Below are positions 7,983 through 16,278 of a stretch of 19,226 nucleotides of DNA, piece after piece (position 1 is the first letter of the stretch; each line of letters opens with the position of its first letter). Source of the DNA: Oligoflexus sp. (GTDB lineage Bacteria; Bdellovibrionota_B; Oligoflexia; Oligoflexales; Oligoflexaceae); contig JBGSTX010000384.1 in assembly GCA_041736305.1 (NCBI GenBank), positions 1 through 19,226 of the forward strand, in the 5' to 3' direction. The notes beneath the pieces were generated by a model. The model made no database searches. It was given only the letters and a program-made list of their open reading frames with translations, and was not told the origin of the DNA. Both the position numbers and the translations under genes were made by a program.

Positions 7983-8471
7983 ATGAGAACTTCTATCTTT
8001 GCCCTCTTCGCGACCCTTACCTTAGCTGCCTGTGGACAAGACCAAGGTTCATCGAACCTAGCCGCTATCCAGCCTGGCAGCAGCCTTTCGACATCGTCTT
8101 TAACTCTTGCACCACCCGTTCAGAAAACCGTGCGCGGGCAAGACGCTGAGCTCTTTCTAGCCATCATGGAGCGTTCCGGCCTCCCGGTTCAGTCGGCTAT
8201 TGAGTCGAGCTTTATCACCAGTGAAGAAGCTTTTTGTATCAGAGGCAAAGCTGCCAAATTTTGCCAGTTTGCGGTTGGCGGTGGCTTGTTCGTACGTGCG
8301 GATCAAGACGATGCAGATGCTCTCATCCAGTTGCTGAGAAGGAACGAAGTCGTAGCTCGTCCGGATGCTCAGGGAAGAAAATGGGAAGTGAGCAATCTTG
8401 AATGCTCCAGTCGCTTCGATCTCAAATCTAGGAAATTGAAGAGCACTTGCACATTCAAGCACTTCAATTGA
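7983..8471 (+). CDS. Hypothetical lipoprotein with an internal two-fold repeat
   Basis: Lipobox LAA-CG and SD AAGGA. Two units, VR..DA......C....C.F. Confidence 0.82.
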   Translation: MRTSIFALFATLTLAACGQDQGSSNLAAIQPGSSLSTSSLTLAPPVQKTVRGQDAELFLAIMERSGLPVQSAIESSFITSEEAFCIRGKAAKFCQFAVGGGLFVRADQDDADALIQLLRRNEVVARPDAQGRKWEVSNLECSSRFDLKSRKLKSTCTFKHFN

Positions 8472-8510
8472 ACAGACCTTAAATCGTGCAAAGCTAGCGG
8501 AGGCGGTGTT

Positions 8511-9515
8511 TCAGATAAAGTGGAACGCGCGCTTAAACAGACTGCCGCAAGGAACATCTTCCCTCCTAGCTGAACTGCCGAGCACGTATTCTCTAGCCCT
8601 GCGATAGACGAGGGCGCAAAGCAGACTTGGAGAGTCCAGCATGAGGCAGGACTGAATTCTGCGTAGCAGGCTGAGCGATTCGATACCTTCCCAGAGACAA
8701 TCTTCCCATTGCCGGAAAAACCAGTCCCATCGCTCACATTCTTCGCCCAACTCTTCGGTCTGATAGGAGCTGCAAAGCTGCAGGCTAGCTAGTTCACGGC
8801 CGAAAGGCAGCTTTTCAAAAGACATGAGGCCTCGGAGATATTCTGCGAGCCACGCTGTGTGGAAGTCGGGTCGCAAACCGCTAAAGGCCGAAGGAAGGCC
8901 ACTTGAATGAAACTGGAGAGAGACCAGGACTTCACGCGGAGACAGGCCCGAGGTCAGGCTGAGGAAAATACAGATCTTGGGCCACGATTCCGGGCCAGGG
9001 CGCAGTAGCAGGCTTTCGTAAAGTCTGAGAAGTTCCTCTTCAAAGTCTTCTATCGCGAAGTAGAAATGTTCGGAAAAGGGCTGAAGAGGGGCGATGTCTC
9101 GCTGCAGACTTTGAAGTTTCTCAACGATATCTTCCAGTGGACAGGCCAGAAATTCTTTTCGCCTGTGTAGGCGGAAAGCCCGCAAGTGATGCAGAGCCTT
9201 TTTTTCGAGCTCATCGAAGCCATCCGTCTCAAGACGATAAACCGGAAAATAGAAGCCGGGAACGCCGGTCGGTTGCGAGAGAGCCTGCGAGCGCTTACTG
9301 AAGTGATCGGTAGATTTGCCAATTTTGAAAACGCCAGACTCAAGGCCATCGCAACTAGCCACATAAACCTGGCCCTTTAGCGCGGGAGTACGCTCCGGCA
9401 AATAGCCTCTTCGACGTTTGCGTAAAATGAGAAAGGGTCGGGTAGGTTCAGGACGGTCCCAAAGGAATTGCCGCGCTCTACTTCCCTCGTGCCTGAGTGA
9501 ATCATGGGCAGCCAC
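8511..9515 (-). CDS. GIY-YIG nuclease family protein (T5orf172/MUG113-like domain) with an unknown C-terminal region
   Basis: GQVYVA...FKIGKST...RSQALSQPTGVP...ELEKKALHHLRAFRL..RKEFL matches T5orf172 (VY..KIG.T..R..L..TGVP..E..H..EFF). GTG start with GAGG upstream. Confidence 0.8.
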   Translation of the reverse strand: MAAHDSLRHEGSRARQFLWDRPEPTRPFLILRKRRRGYLPERTPALKGQVYVASCDGLESGVFKIGKSTDHFSKRSQALSQPTGVPGFYFPVYRLETDGFDELEKKALHHLRAFRLHRRKEFLACPLEDIVEKLQSLQRDIAPLQPFSEHFYFAIEDFEEELLRLYESLLLRPGPESWPKICIFLSLTSGLSPREVLVSLQFHSSGLPSAFSGLRPDFHTAWLAEYLRGLMSFEKLPFGRELASLQLCSSYQTEELGEECERWDWFFRQWEDCLWEGIESLSLLRRIQSCLMLDSPSLLCALVYRRAREYVLGSSARREDVPCGSLFKRAFHFI

Positions 9516-9652
9516 TGCTTACCTCGTGCAAGCCGATTTGGCGTTTACGAGCTTCTTACCATTCCTTTGGCAGAGAGAAGCTCGACGCAGGTAAGTATTT
9601 ACTATGCTAAGGAGAATCTGTCCACTACACGAACAGGGCAGCCAAAAGTAGC

Positions 9653-9922
9653 TTATAACGACGGTTTTTGCGGAGTACTCTCTTTGTCTTTTTTTACTTC
9701 ATTCAGAGTCCTCAATCCCATCCACCGCAAGAGGAAACCGTGTGCAGCTGCAGCGTCCTCGCTTTCGCTAGGCGATAGGCGATCGAGATCAGAAGTAGGA
9801 AATTTGCCTTCTTGCTTCTCTTCGGCGATGCCGCTTCCTCCCCCGCCAATCACGCCACCGGAAAAGGCCGGAGCTGAACCAAAGGATAAGCAGCACAGCG
9901 TTAGAAATATCAGCTTTCTCAT
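9653..9922 (-). CDS. Small secreted protein with a Gly-rich mature N-terminus
   Basis: Signal peptide MRKLIFLTLCCLSFGSAPAFS followed by GGVIGGGGSG. ATGA overlap with the upstream gene, whose end provides the SD GGAG. Confidence 0.75.
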   Translation of the reverse strand: MRKLIFLTLCCLSFGSAPAFSGGVIGGGGSGIAEEKQEGKFPTSDLDRLSPSESEDAAAAHGFLLRWMGLRTLNEVKKDKESTPQKPSL

Positions 9923-10656
9923 CGAGGTTCTCCCTTTCCGTTAAGGTGCATCAGCTCTTTACCAACGTAAGCAAAGCTGACGAAAATATCACCTTCCTGC
10001 TGCTTGGCAGCTTCCGCCCCTTTTTCGAAGGCTTCCTTGAGGCTGTCCATGAGAATTTCCAGACCCTTTTCATTGACATTGCAGACGATGACCTGTTCAA
10101 AGAAGCGGCCGCTAGGTGGCATATCGTTCACATGGCCAACTGTTTCCTTGCCTGCCTTGTCGGAGTGAAAGAAGAGGGTCGAAGATTCAGCATCGGTTCG
10201 GTAGGTTTCAAATTCCGTTTCTTTGAGAATACCTTCAGCCACCATTTCGTCCAAAGTCGCGAGACCCGTTAGGCCGAGCAGATTTTGAACTCTCGCGCGG
10301 GTAGCGCCCAAAGTGAGTCCCAGGCAAATGATCCAGAAGGCATCTTTCCCACTAAAGCGTTCCAAAACTTCAGCTTTAGCCAGAGTGGTTTTGCTCGATA
10401 TTTTTCCATAGAACTGTTGGACTGCCTTGTTGTCCTTGAGGTAGTCCATCATTTCTTCGAGTGTTGCCACCAAATTCAGCAAAGTCAAAGCTGTATCGAG
10501 ATTTGGCTCGCCTTCTTTCTGCATGATACGACGCAGAGTTGGGTAAGGTATGTGTGTGTCTCGGGATAGAGTCTGCAGTGAGCGCCGCGAGCCCTTCGCG
10601 ATCCACCTTTCAACATAAGTGGCAAGAGTTTCTGTTCGTTCGTTTCCTGAGGCCAT
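9919..10656 (-). CDS. HTH (XRE-like) DNA-binding protein, TIGR02147/DUF4423-like architecture
   Basis: N-terminal SLQTLSRDTHIPYPTLRRIMQKEGEPNLDTALTLL helix-turn-helix, a second wHTH-like segment (LDEMVAEGILKE), and a C-terminal strand-helix-strand region. Confidence 0.65.
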   Translation of the reverse strand: MASGNERTETLATYVERWIAKGSRRSLQTLSRDTHIPYPTLRRIMQKEGEPNLDTALTLLNLVATLEEMMDYLKDNKAVQQFYGKISSKTTLAKAEVLERFSGKDAFWIICLGLTLGATRARVQNLLGLTGLATLDEMVAEGILKETEFETYRTDAESSTLFFHSDKAGKETVGHVNDMPPSGRFFEQVIVCNVNEKGLEILMDSLKEAFEKGAEAAKQQEGDIFVSFAYVGKELMHLNGKGEPR

Positions 10657-10740
10657 CTTGGGTTCCCGTCCTTGTGATCAACTTGCTATCCAAAAGCTGG
10701 GGGCGCCGAAGGAATTCTCAAACTACCATCTGCTAGTGCT

Positions 10741-11157
10741 TCAGGTCGATGATTTGGCGAATTGAAACTGAGGCAGGGCTTTGAGTGATTCTTTGGTAGC
10801 GCCTGCTAAGACAAGTTTGGAGCTAACGTTGGTGAAACGTCCGATCGGAATGGCTACATGGTGTTTGCCCATCCCCAGAAAACCTCCCACCTCGAGGACA
10901 GCCACGCTGATCGATCCGTCAGGTTTGATGATGAGATCGGCAACATCACCAATTTTTTTATCCTGCTCATTGTAGACATTCGATTTTAAAATCTTCGAAG
11001 CTCGATACCCTACGGCAATCCAGTCCAGGGTTGTGACATCAACACCGAGGTTGACTTGCCCAGCAACTGGTTCAGGCGACGCTTGCCCCATTGCCGTCTG
11101 GATGCCCATTGATCCGCTGAGTCCGAGAAAAAGCGCAAGGATGACACGAGTTCGCAT
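10741..11157 (-). CDS. PRC-barrel domain protein, exported
   Basis: RASKILKSNVYNEQDKKIGDVADLII...AVLEVGGFLGMGKHHVAIP...TKESLKALPQF; signal peptide; SD AGGAG. Confidence 0.93.
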   Translation of the reverse strand: MRTRVILALFLGLSGSMGIQTAMGQASPEPVAGQVNLGVDVTTLDWIAVGYRASKILKSNVYNEQDKKIGDVADLIIKPDGSISVAVLEVGGFLGMGKHHVAIPIGRFTNVSSKLVLAGATKESLKALPQFQFAKSST

Positions 11158-11380
11158 AGTAGATTCTCCTGAAGATAATCTAGATTAAAGGATAAAAGCT
11201 GCCACTGTAGGGCGCGAATGCGGGCCTATCATGATAGTGAAAGAAGCACTTGTCTATTGGAGACTTTACTCGGTCGCGATGAAGCTCTAGGTGGTCTTGA
11301 AAGGCTCTTTTGAGGTCGACGAACCATAGCTTCGTGACGTCCTCGCCAACTAAACGCTCGTCGGTGATTTCAGGCAGGGG

Positions 11381-12637
11381 TCATTTATTCACTGACAGGT
11401 TATTACCCCGCATGACTCGAATAGGTGACCCTTCCGCAATAAACATAGAGTGTGGCTTTTTAAGATATGGGCGGAAGACCTCAGGATAAAACCTTCCATA
11501 GTCTCCTTCAACTCTTATGTTGGAATCGGGCCATACTCTCCAAGGTGGATGTTCAACTTCATATTCCGTAGAAGTTAAACTACTTTTCTTTGCGTAGCCG
11601 TAGTAGTGCTCAGTGATAAACTCGGCTAGTGAACCTTTTTCCAGAGGGTATGGATCTCCCTCAAATGAGGCTCTGATTGCGCAAACGCCCCCCTTGTCGT
11701 TCCATTGATAGCTGACCTCTTTGCTTTGGCCGCTAATCTTTGTTTCATGCTTCATCGGCAATCTAGTATAGCGTTCGCCATAAAATAAATTAGCTGTGGT
11801 TGCTATGGATGAAAAAGGTACAATCTCACGGATAAAGACTACTCCGCGCCTCTGAGTTGAGATCCCGTTTTCTACCACAGTCCGCTTTACATAAAAGCGC
11901 AGGTTAACCTCTTCAAAGTCCGAAGCCCATGGAAGTGACATACCTAAAATGCTGGTCCCAGCGAAGGAGAAACCCACCAGGGAAACTAGAGTCTGCCCAT
12001 TCCAGTTATCCACCTCGACGCCAGCAGGCAAGTAGTCTTGTAAAATAAGCGATGGGACTTCGAAATTAAGTAAAATCAGTTCTCGCCATTGCGCTGAAAG
12101 AAAGACCTCACGGCGTGGCGGAAAAGTAAGAGAGACCTCAGGCCATTCATTAGGGAAGAGAGTACGCTGCGAAGGACTTAGGACGTCGCAGATATTCGGA
12201 GTGCGAGCACGCCCCGCAATTTGGTAACGTCTTGTGGCATATTGATTGTATAGAGCATTGAGCAGCACTAGGGGAAAGAGTCGGAAAAGGAGCAAGCCTT
12301 TCCAAGCCCATCCGAGCTCCGAAATAATCGCAAAGACAGCTGAAGCCTGACCCCAAAGCTCTCCGTTTTTCCAGACAACAAGACTGCTTGTCAGATCTAG
12401 ATCGAGATATTCTCTGATTTTTAGTTCTAAATCCGTTCCCGCCGTAGCCTGAAGTGCCACGAATCGAAACCTTTGATTGTTTCGTCGTTTCAAAAGGAAC
12501 TTTACAATGAAATGGCAAGTCGCACAGTCTCCATCATAAAATACAAATGTCGGAGAGCAGGGGAGCTTGTGATATCGATCGATATTGCTGTGTTCAGAGG
12601 ATCGGGAAAGGTTATTGTCGTCTACGCGCAGAATCAC
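11381..12637 (-). CDS. Fusion of a DCC1-like thiol-disulfide oxidoreductase (DUF393) and DUF2071 (YqjF-like)
   Basis: N-terminal VFYDGDCATCH (DxxCxxC), RFRFVALQ, LYNQYATRRY. C-terminal FLSAQWRELILLNFEV..LP.G.E.D, FEEVNLRFYV, RRGVVFIREIVP, FITEHYYGY, EYEVEHPPW. GTG 12637 overlaps the upstream TAG and has GGAGG 7 nt before it. Confidence 0.88.
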   Translation of the reverse strand: MILRVDDNNLSRSSEHSNIDRYHKLPCSPTFVFYDGDCATCHFIVKFLLKRRNNQRFRFVALQATAGTDLELKIREYLDLDLTSSLVVWKNGELWGQASAVFAIISELGWAWKGLLLFRLFPLVLLNALYNQYATRRYQIAGRARTPNICDVLSPSQRTLFPNEWPEVSLTFPPRREVFLSAQWRELILLNFEVPSLILQDYLPAGVEVDNWNGQTLVSLVGFSFAGTSILGMSLPWASDFEEVNLRFYVKRTVVENGISTQRRGVVFIREIVPFSSIATTANLFYGERYTRLPMKHETKISGQSKEVSYQWNDKGGVCAIRASFEGDPYPLEKGSLAEFITEHYYGYAKKSSLTSTEYEVEHPPWRVWPDSNIRVEGDYGRFYPEVFRPYLKKPHSMFIAEGSPIRVMRGNNLSVNK

Positions 12638-13023
12638 TAGTCCACCTCCGTACCTAAATCGATAGCAAAAAGCTCTTTGCTACTTGAATCTACACTTATC
12701 TCACACAAACAATCGAAGGGCTCTAGCTTGCGTACCGAGTTGCCATGCCTACTTAACAAGGCTTCGATTCGAGCCAAAAGGTCGTTGGAAAAAAGCTCGC
12801 TCATCGAACTGTTCATTTTAACCATCTCGCCAAGCCGGGTCGTCAGCTGAAAGACCGGGAGGGAGCGCAGGTTGGCGCTTTTTCGTGAAACTATCTGCAA
12901 ACGGTCTAGCTCGGAAAGGACCCACTCTCTCGAGCGCTTGGTTGTCCTTTGGTCGGCCGCCTGTTCAAGATTGATTATCCCAAGTTTGGAGAATGCCGTC
13001 TTCTCGTAATCTGATAGCTTCAA
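12637..13023 (-). CDS. Hypothetical protein
   Basis: 128-aa ORF filling the gap in a co-directional run. TTG start with AGGA upstream; its stop overlaps the next start (TAGTG). Confidence 0.55.
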   Translation of the reverse strand: MKLSDYEKTAFSKLGIINLEQAADQRTTKRSREWVLSELDRLQIVSRKSANLRSLPVFQLTTRLGEMVKMNSSMSELFSNDLLARIEALLSRHGNSVRKLEPFDCLCEISVDSSSKELFAIDLGTEVD

Positions 13024-13048
13024 GCAGTGGTCCTGATGAAATGGGCTA

Positions 13049-13411
13049 TTAAAGTTTTTCGTGGGATTCGAGCCACTTTATAGCCGCTGTCAGATCGTTA
13101 TAAAACACCCGAGATTGGTCCTCGTCAAAGGCAATTCTCGCAAGATAAGCAAGCCGAGTATTAGGCACGACAATGGCACGCCGCTGGTTCACAGGTTCGA
13201 TAGCCTTGTCCAGCTTCCACTGTGAAATGGGAACCTCTACAGGTGGTGCTTCTAACTCAAGGCCATCGTATAGAACGTTTTTAAATCCTGTCTCGCGGAC
13301 AAGCTTGGCTATGCGTTCATGCGCCTCACGCAAAATTTCCTCCGTCGGCACTCCGCGGACTCGGGCGACAATGATGCCACCTATTGGTTCAATCCATAGC
13401 TGTTGTGTCAT
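13049..13411 (-). CDS. STAS/SEC14 (SpoIIAA-like) domain protein
   Basis: IIVARVRG..TEE, NVLYDG, RRAIVVP, RVFYNDLTAAIKWL pattern; SD AAGGAG. Confidence 0.75.
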   Translation of the reverse strand: MTQQLWIEPIGGIIVARVRGVPTEEILREAHERIAKLVRETGFKNVLYDGLELEAPPVEVPISQWKLDKAIEPVNQRRAIVVPNTRLAYLARIAFDEDQSRVFYNDLTAAIKWLESHEKL

Positions 13412-13728
13412 TGAGGCTCTCCTTTGCCTTGTGGTAGAGGATGAACTCTACCTGTAACTGAATTTTTCCAGGATTGTGCATTTCAATTGCCCCCTGGAGC
13501 ATATCAAGAAGTGTCATTTCTAGCTTGCCGATTCGAATGCTGTGAAGGCCGAAGCGTTAGGATCCGCTTGCTAATGCCGAAGTGAGAGATTCTGACCAAC
13601 TGTTTTGCGCAAGATTTAGGGCCGCGACCGAGAATCGTCTACAAGTAATGGCAGTTGGGTCATTTCAGAAAGGGAGCCGGACGCGGCTACATGCCTGGCA
13701 CAAAACAGAAAAAAAGTAGACCATCTAT

Positions 13729-15477
13729 TCAGCCCCGGCCAATTTCTATTTCTCTGACCTGTTGGGACAAGGAATTTAATAGCGCGTGTAGTTTGTCTGG
13801 AAGCGTTGCCATAGCTTGTGTGACCTTCTCTCTCAAAGTATCGATGGAATCAATAGTTGCTGATTCTATGAAAACCCCCCATCCTTCCTCGTATTGACCG
13901 TTAGACATTCTATCGAAGGTGGTAAGCCCTCCCTTGGGTTCTTCCAGGCTCCATTGACCATCATGATACCAATCGGCTAGATCGTCCCGTTCAATCTCGG
14001 CAAATCTCCTATCGAGCCAGTCAATAACTTCTTCGTCATACATTCCGATCACGCATATCCCGACCATGCAGTCAGTGGAATCGACATAAGCATCATTTCC
14101 GTTTAGCCTGTAGGTAATAGCGCGGTGCTCCGTCCCATAATTCCGCCAAATCTGGCAGCGGATGTTACTTGTCAAACTGGAGAGAGCGACATGGTAGCGC
14201 GCTTCAGGCGACAGATCTGCAAATGGGGTCGGCCTAACGATCCTGGAGATTGCGAAGCAAGGGAAATTTGACAGAGGGACGTCTACGACGTACGAGCCTT
14301 CAAAGAGTTCTTCCACAGCAACCCCTGAGTAGAGAGCTCTGAGGTAGGTATCAAGCTCGTCCACTTGGGGAGATCTCGCCTTGATTTCAGAAATTAGCCA
14401 GTCCCAAGGGTCGAAAGCAGCATAAGGATTCGCACCCTCGTAGCTGGATGAATGTAGGCGGGCGAATCTAAGATCTGTTTCGCAGAAGCAGAAATTGAGG
14501 TCCCTTAAGGTACCGTCCAGCGTATATTCTCGCTTACATGCTGGGCATTGAAAGCGTGACTCGCTTATCAAGTCCACAAGATTTGAAAGTGTTCTGATAA
14601 TTTCTAGCTTACTGCCTTCAAAGAATGATGTCCCGTAGCCTTCGACCCATATTTTAATGACATAAGCGCGGCCGTAGAGGGCCCAGTCCCGGATTTCGTA
14701 TTCGCGATCAATCATCAGAGCGTTTATCTCATCGAAGAGAACGATGAAGCGCTCTTGCCTTTTTTGCTCCTTTTGTTTCTCTTTCTCTTGGAAGGCATCT
14801 AGCCGTGATATGGCGCAATCCCTGATTTCCTTTGCGGATACCATATCGGAACGTTGTGCGAAATGATCAGCCAACAGACAAATGCCATTTAGCAACGATG
14901 CGTCACAATCATTGTTCATACTGATGAGCGTGTTTCTACCATGAGTGAGGATTCCCTTGGTGGATGCATCAACCAGGATTTTCGCTAATGCCTCGGAATA
15001 GCTATTCATAGTTTCTAGCGAGGTGTTTGTGAAGCACAGCTTGCAGATTCCAAAGATTGTTGCGAACGGGTTTTGACTGATTCTGTCTTTCTTACTGTAA
15101 TTTTTCTGGCAGACTGGGCAGCTACTGTTAAACTTGCTTGTGTGTTCGCTTACTGCAAGTGTCTCCCTAATATCAGCATCGATAAAGACTAAAGAACCAT
15201 CTAGGTCTTTCCTAAGCCAGCCGGTGCTTAAGAGGCTCTGTGTGAGTCTGGTCCTTAAGTTCTCGTCCAGAGGCACAAACGATTTTAATACTTCGGTAGG
15301 ACATAGAGCTTGCAGACGTACTTGGTTTTTTCTCAAGAATCCGACTATTTTGAGCCGCTCGAATTTGAATTTTCTTCGCTCTGGATATTTTGCCAAATTT
15401 GTATCCTTTACTTGCCATGATAGTTTTTGCTCGAATCTTGGATAATACTCAGCGAACGTACCGATCGAGTTGAGCAC
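13729..15477 (-). CDS. Large hypothetical protein with two putative Zn-ribbon motifs and a short coiled coil
   Basis: 582-aa open frame with CPVC...CKLC, CPAC...CFC and QEKEKQKEQKRQER. The start codon is uncertain. Confidence 0.7.
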   Translation of the reverse strand: MLNSIGTFAEYYPRFEQKLSWQVKDTNLAKYPERRKFKFERLKIVGFLRKNQVRLQALCPTEVLKSFVPLDENLRTRLTQSLLSTGWLRKDLDGSLVFIDADIRETLAVSEHTSKFNSSCPVCQKNYSKKDRISQNPFATIFGICKLCFTNTSLETMNSYSEALAKILVDASTKGILTHGRNTLISMNNDCDASLLNGICLLADHFAQRSDMVSAKEIRDCAISRLDAFQEKEKQKEQKRQERFIVLFDEINALMIDREYEIRDWALYGRAYVIKIWVEGYGTSFFEGSKLEIIRTLSNLVDLISESRFQCPACKREYTLDGTLRDLNFCFCETDLRFARLHSSSYEGANPYAAFDPWDWLISEIKARSPQVDELDTYLRALYSGVAVEELFEGSYVVDVPLSNFPCFAISRIVRPTPFADLSPEARYHVALSSLTSNIRCQIWRNYGTEHRAITYRLNGNDAYVDSTDCMVGICVIGMYDEEVIDWLDRRFAEIERDDLADWYHDGQWSLEEPKGGLTTFDRMSNGQYEEGWGVFIESATIDSIDTLREKVTQAMATLPDKLHALLNSLSQQVREIEIGRG

Positions 15478-15866
15478 GCTTGAACAATCCCTGATGCACT
15501 TGAAAGACTGGATGGTCGCGCTACTTCAGCGTGTCTGGTAGGTCATTTACTTGACTGACCCAACTTACCGCTGCTTGTTGGCCTCTTTAATCAGTGAAGT
15601 AGAAAGTCATCGCTGCTCCCATTCTTGGTTATGGGAGATTGCGCGATGTGCTTTGGTTTTGGCAGTGACATCTGTCGGGGCCATAGAATCGCTTGAGCGG
15701 GCAATGAGGCAAATCTATTAAACCAGCGATTTTCTGTTTTTCCCTTGTGTCTTAACAAGTTCCCCGGACTAAATTGGACTTAGAGCTGGGTCTCTGCGGC
15801 GATAAGCTATATCAATAGAGGGCGCAAATTATCTGCGCTTGTGACCACGACTTACGAGGATCCAAA

Positions 15867-16265
15867 ATGCGGCGCATCAAGCAGGTCATTCTGATCCGAA
15901 AAGATCTCAAAATGCGGAGAGGCAAAGAAATCGCTCAGGGATCCCATGCCTCAATGGACTTTATCGTGAGCTCCCTACGGCCTCAGCTCAGTGCCGCTGC
16001 GGAAGGTCCTCTTACGATTCAGCTCAGTGCGGAAGAACGGATTTGGCTTCGGGAAGGAATGGCAAAGGTTTGCCTGCGGGTCGCTTCGGAGGAAGACCTC
16101 TTGCATTACCACAATCTGGCAAGACGTGAGGGTCTCAGAAGCCACCTTATCCAAGATAGTGGTCGCACTGAGTTCCATGGGCAGCCCACCTATACTGCCT
16201 GCGCAATAGGTCCCGAAGAAAGCGATAAGATCGATGTGCTCACCGGAGAGCTTGAGCCCTATTAA
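15867..16265 (+). CDS. pth2: Peptidyl-tRNA hydrolase, Pth2 (archaeal/eukaryotic-type) family
   Basis: KQVILIRKDLKMRRGKEIAQGSHAS, W...GMAKVCLRV, IQDSGRTEF, TACAIGP, IDVLTGEL. Catalytic Lys, Asp and Thr positions are retained. SD GAGGA. Confidence 0.93.
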   Translation: MRRIKQVILIRKDLKMRRGKEIAQGSHASMDFIVSSLRPQLSAAAEGPLTIQLSAEERIWLREGMAKVCLRVASEEDLLHYHNLARREGLRSHLIQDSGRTEFHGQPTYTACAIGPEESDKIDVLTGELEPY

Positions 16266-16278
16266 GGAGCAGAAGTTT

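Noticed and set aside
9504..10736. Plus-strand ORFs 9504-9944, 9946-10272, 10285-10569 and 10539-10736
   Set aside because: They are antisense to better-supported minus-strand genes and contain no recognisable motifs.
11273..11338. Long imperfect GU-rich hairpin on the plus strand as a possible sRNA or SECIS
   Set aside because: The pairing relies on GU pairs that are lost on the coding (minus) strand, it is not adjacent to the UGA, and no known RNA family motif was recognised.
13412..13728. Long spacer with short hairpins (e.g. GGTAGAG...CTCTACC) and broken minus-strand frames
   Set aside because: Stems of 7 bp or less are expected by chance. No riboswitch, attC or convincing gene remnant was identifiable.
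8511..15477. Prophage or integrative element call
   Set aside because: No structural phage genes, intact integrase, att repeats or transposase. A T5orf172 domain and an HTH protein alone are insufficient.
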